DNA of 64,000 bases from Selaginella moellendorffii. Its lineage: Eukaryota; Plantae; Lycopodiophyta. This document shows, piece by piece, positions 63,501 through 64,000 of this stretch (positions are counted from its first letter, which is position 1; every line of letters begins with the position of its first letter). Made by a program: the position numbers and the translations under genes. The stretch covers positions 488,278-552,277 of the forward strand of contig NW_003314352.1 in assembly GCF_000143415.4 (NCBI RefSeq). The letters are read 5' to 3'. The notes beneath the pieces are model-generated. The model worked only from the letters and a program-made list of their open reading frames with translations. It had not been told where the DNA came from and did not search any database.

Positions 63501-64000
63501 GCCTCTCTGTTGATGTTCCTTATTCTGTTAAAAGAGCATGACCGTGTAAACAACATTAACTGCCTATTTATAATAGTCTATTTAAACTTTACCGATAGGT
63601 TTGGTTTCTTTGCTCAAGAGGGTTGGGGCCTCTGATTTCTCTATCTATATCCCTGTGTGTAGAGGTGTATCACACTTTTGTAAGCTGGGTGACACCTAGA
63701 GTAGCAAGGGTGGCTAACACCGTTAGTCATTTTTTTGTTGGTGATGGCCAGAAGGTGTCTAAGCTGGTAGTGCATCCGCGTTTAACAAAGAGGTTGCCTT
63801 CTAACTCATTTAAGTTGGTGCATTTCTCTTATAGTATGAATACCGTGAACTTTTTCTGGAGTTTCTTCCTTAGCGGTATTCTAGACTGGAGTATGCATCG
63901 ACGAAGACGTTAATTTTCCCTAAAGAGGGGAAAGTGTCACGAATGTGACTTCGGGTATCGAAAGTTATCTGTCGGCTAGTCTTTTTGGATATTTTTTTCT
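60518..64000 (+). mobile_element. 5'-truncated copy of the 54.2-60.5 kb element, opposite orientation (PPT and LTR start at ~63935)
   Basis: Reverse complement of ~54640-58805, lacking the Cassandra insertion. Confidence 0.85.

Overview
Eukaryotic land-plant genomic DNA. The 45-65 nt introns, tight gene packing and PPR-DYW relics suggest a compact lycophyte genome such as Selaginella (inference). Bases ~0.9-11.4 kb are a gene-dense block: a SAM methyltransferase with a U12-type intron, a cytochrome P450 pseudogene, SSRP1 (FACT), a small membrane protein and an STE20/BLUS1-FRAY-like kinase. The block is bracketed by two inverted, intronless, compact XRN 5'-3' exonuclease pseudogenes. The rest (12-64 kb) is mostly transposon and pseudogene remnants: PPR-DYW relics (one fused to a tandem-exon N-terminus), a TRIM, a Helitron relic, a decayed Ty3/gypsy element, LRR-RLP pseudogenes and a topA/ileS mosaic. 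The gypsy element hosts a very young 7.6 kb non-autonomous LTR element (LARD, TSD TAAAA). Further right are an older inverted LARD copy and a second LARD-like family arranged as a large inverted repeat that has been hit twice by 5S-rRNA-bearing Cassandra-type TRIMs. Most intriguing: the non-autonomous LTR elements carry Pol III promoter parts and serial RNA hairpins, and their internal regions look like antisense LINE relics. No complete novel protein-coding system was found. All protein and family calls are from motif recognition, not database searches.
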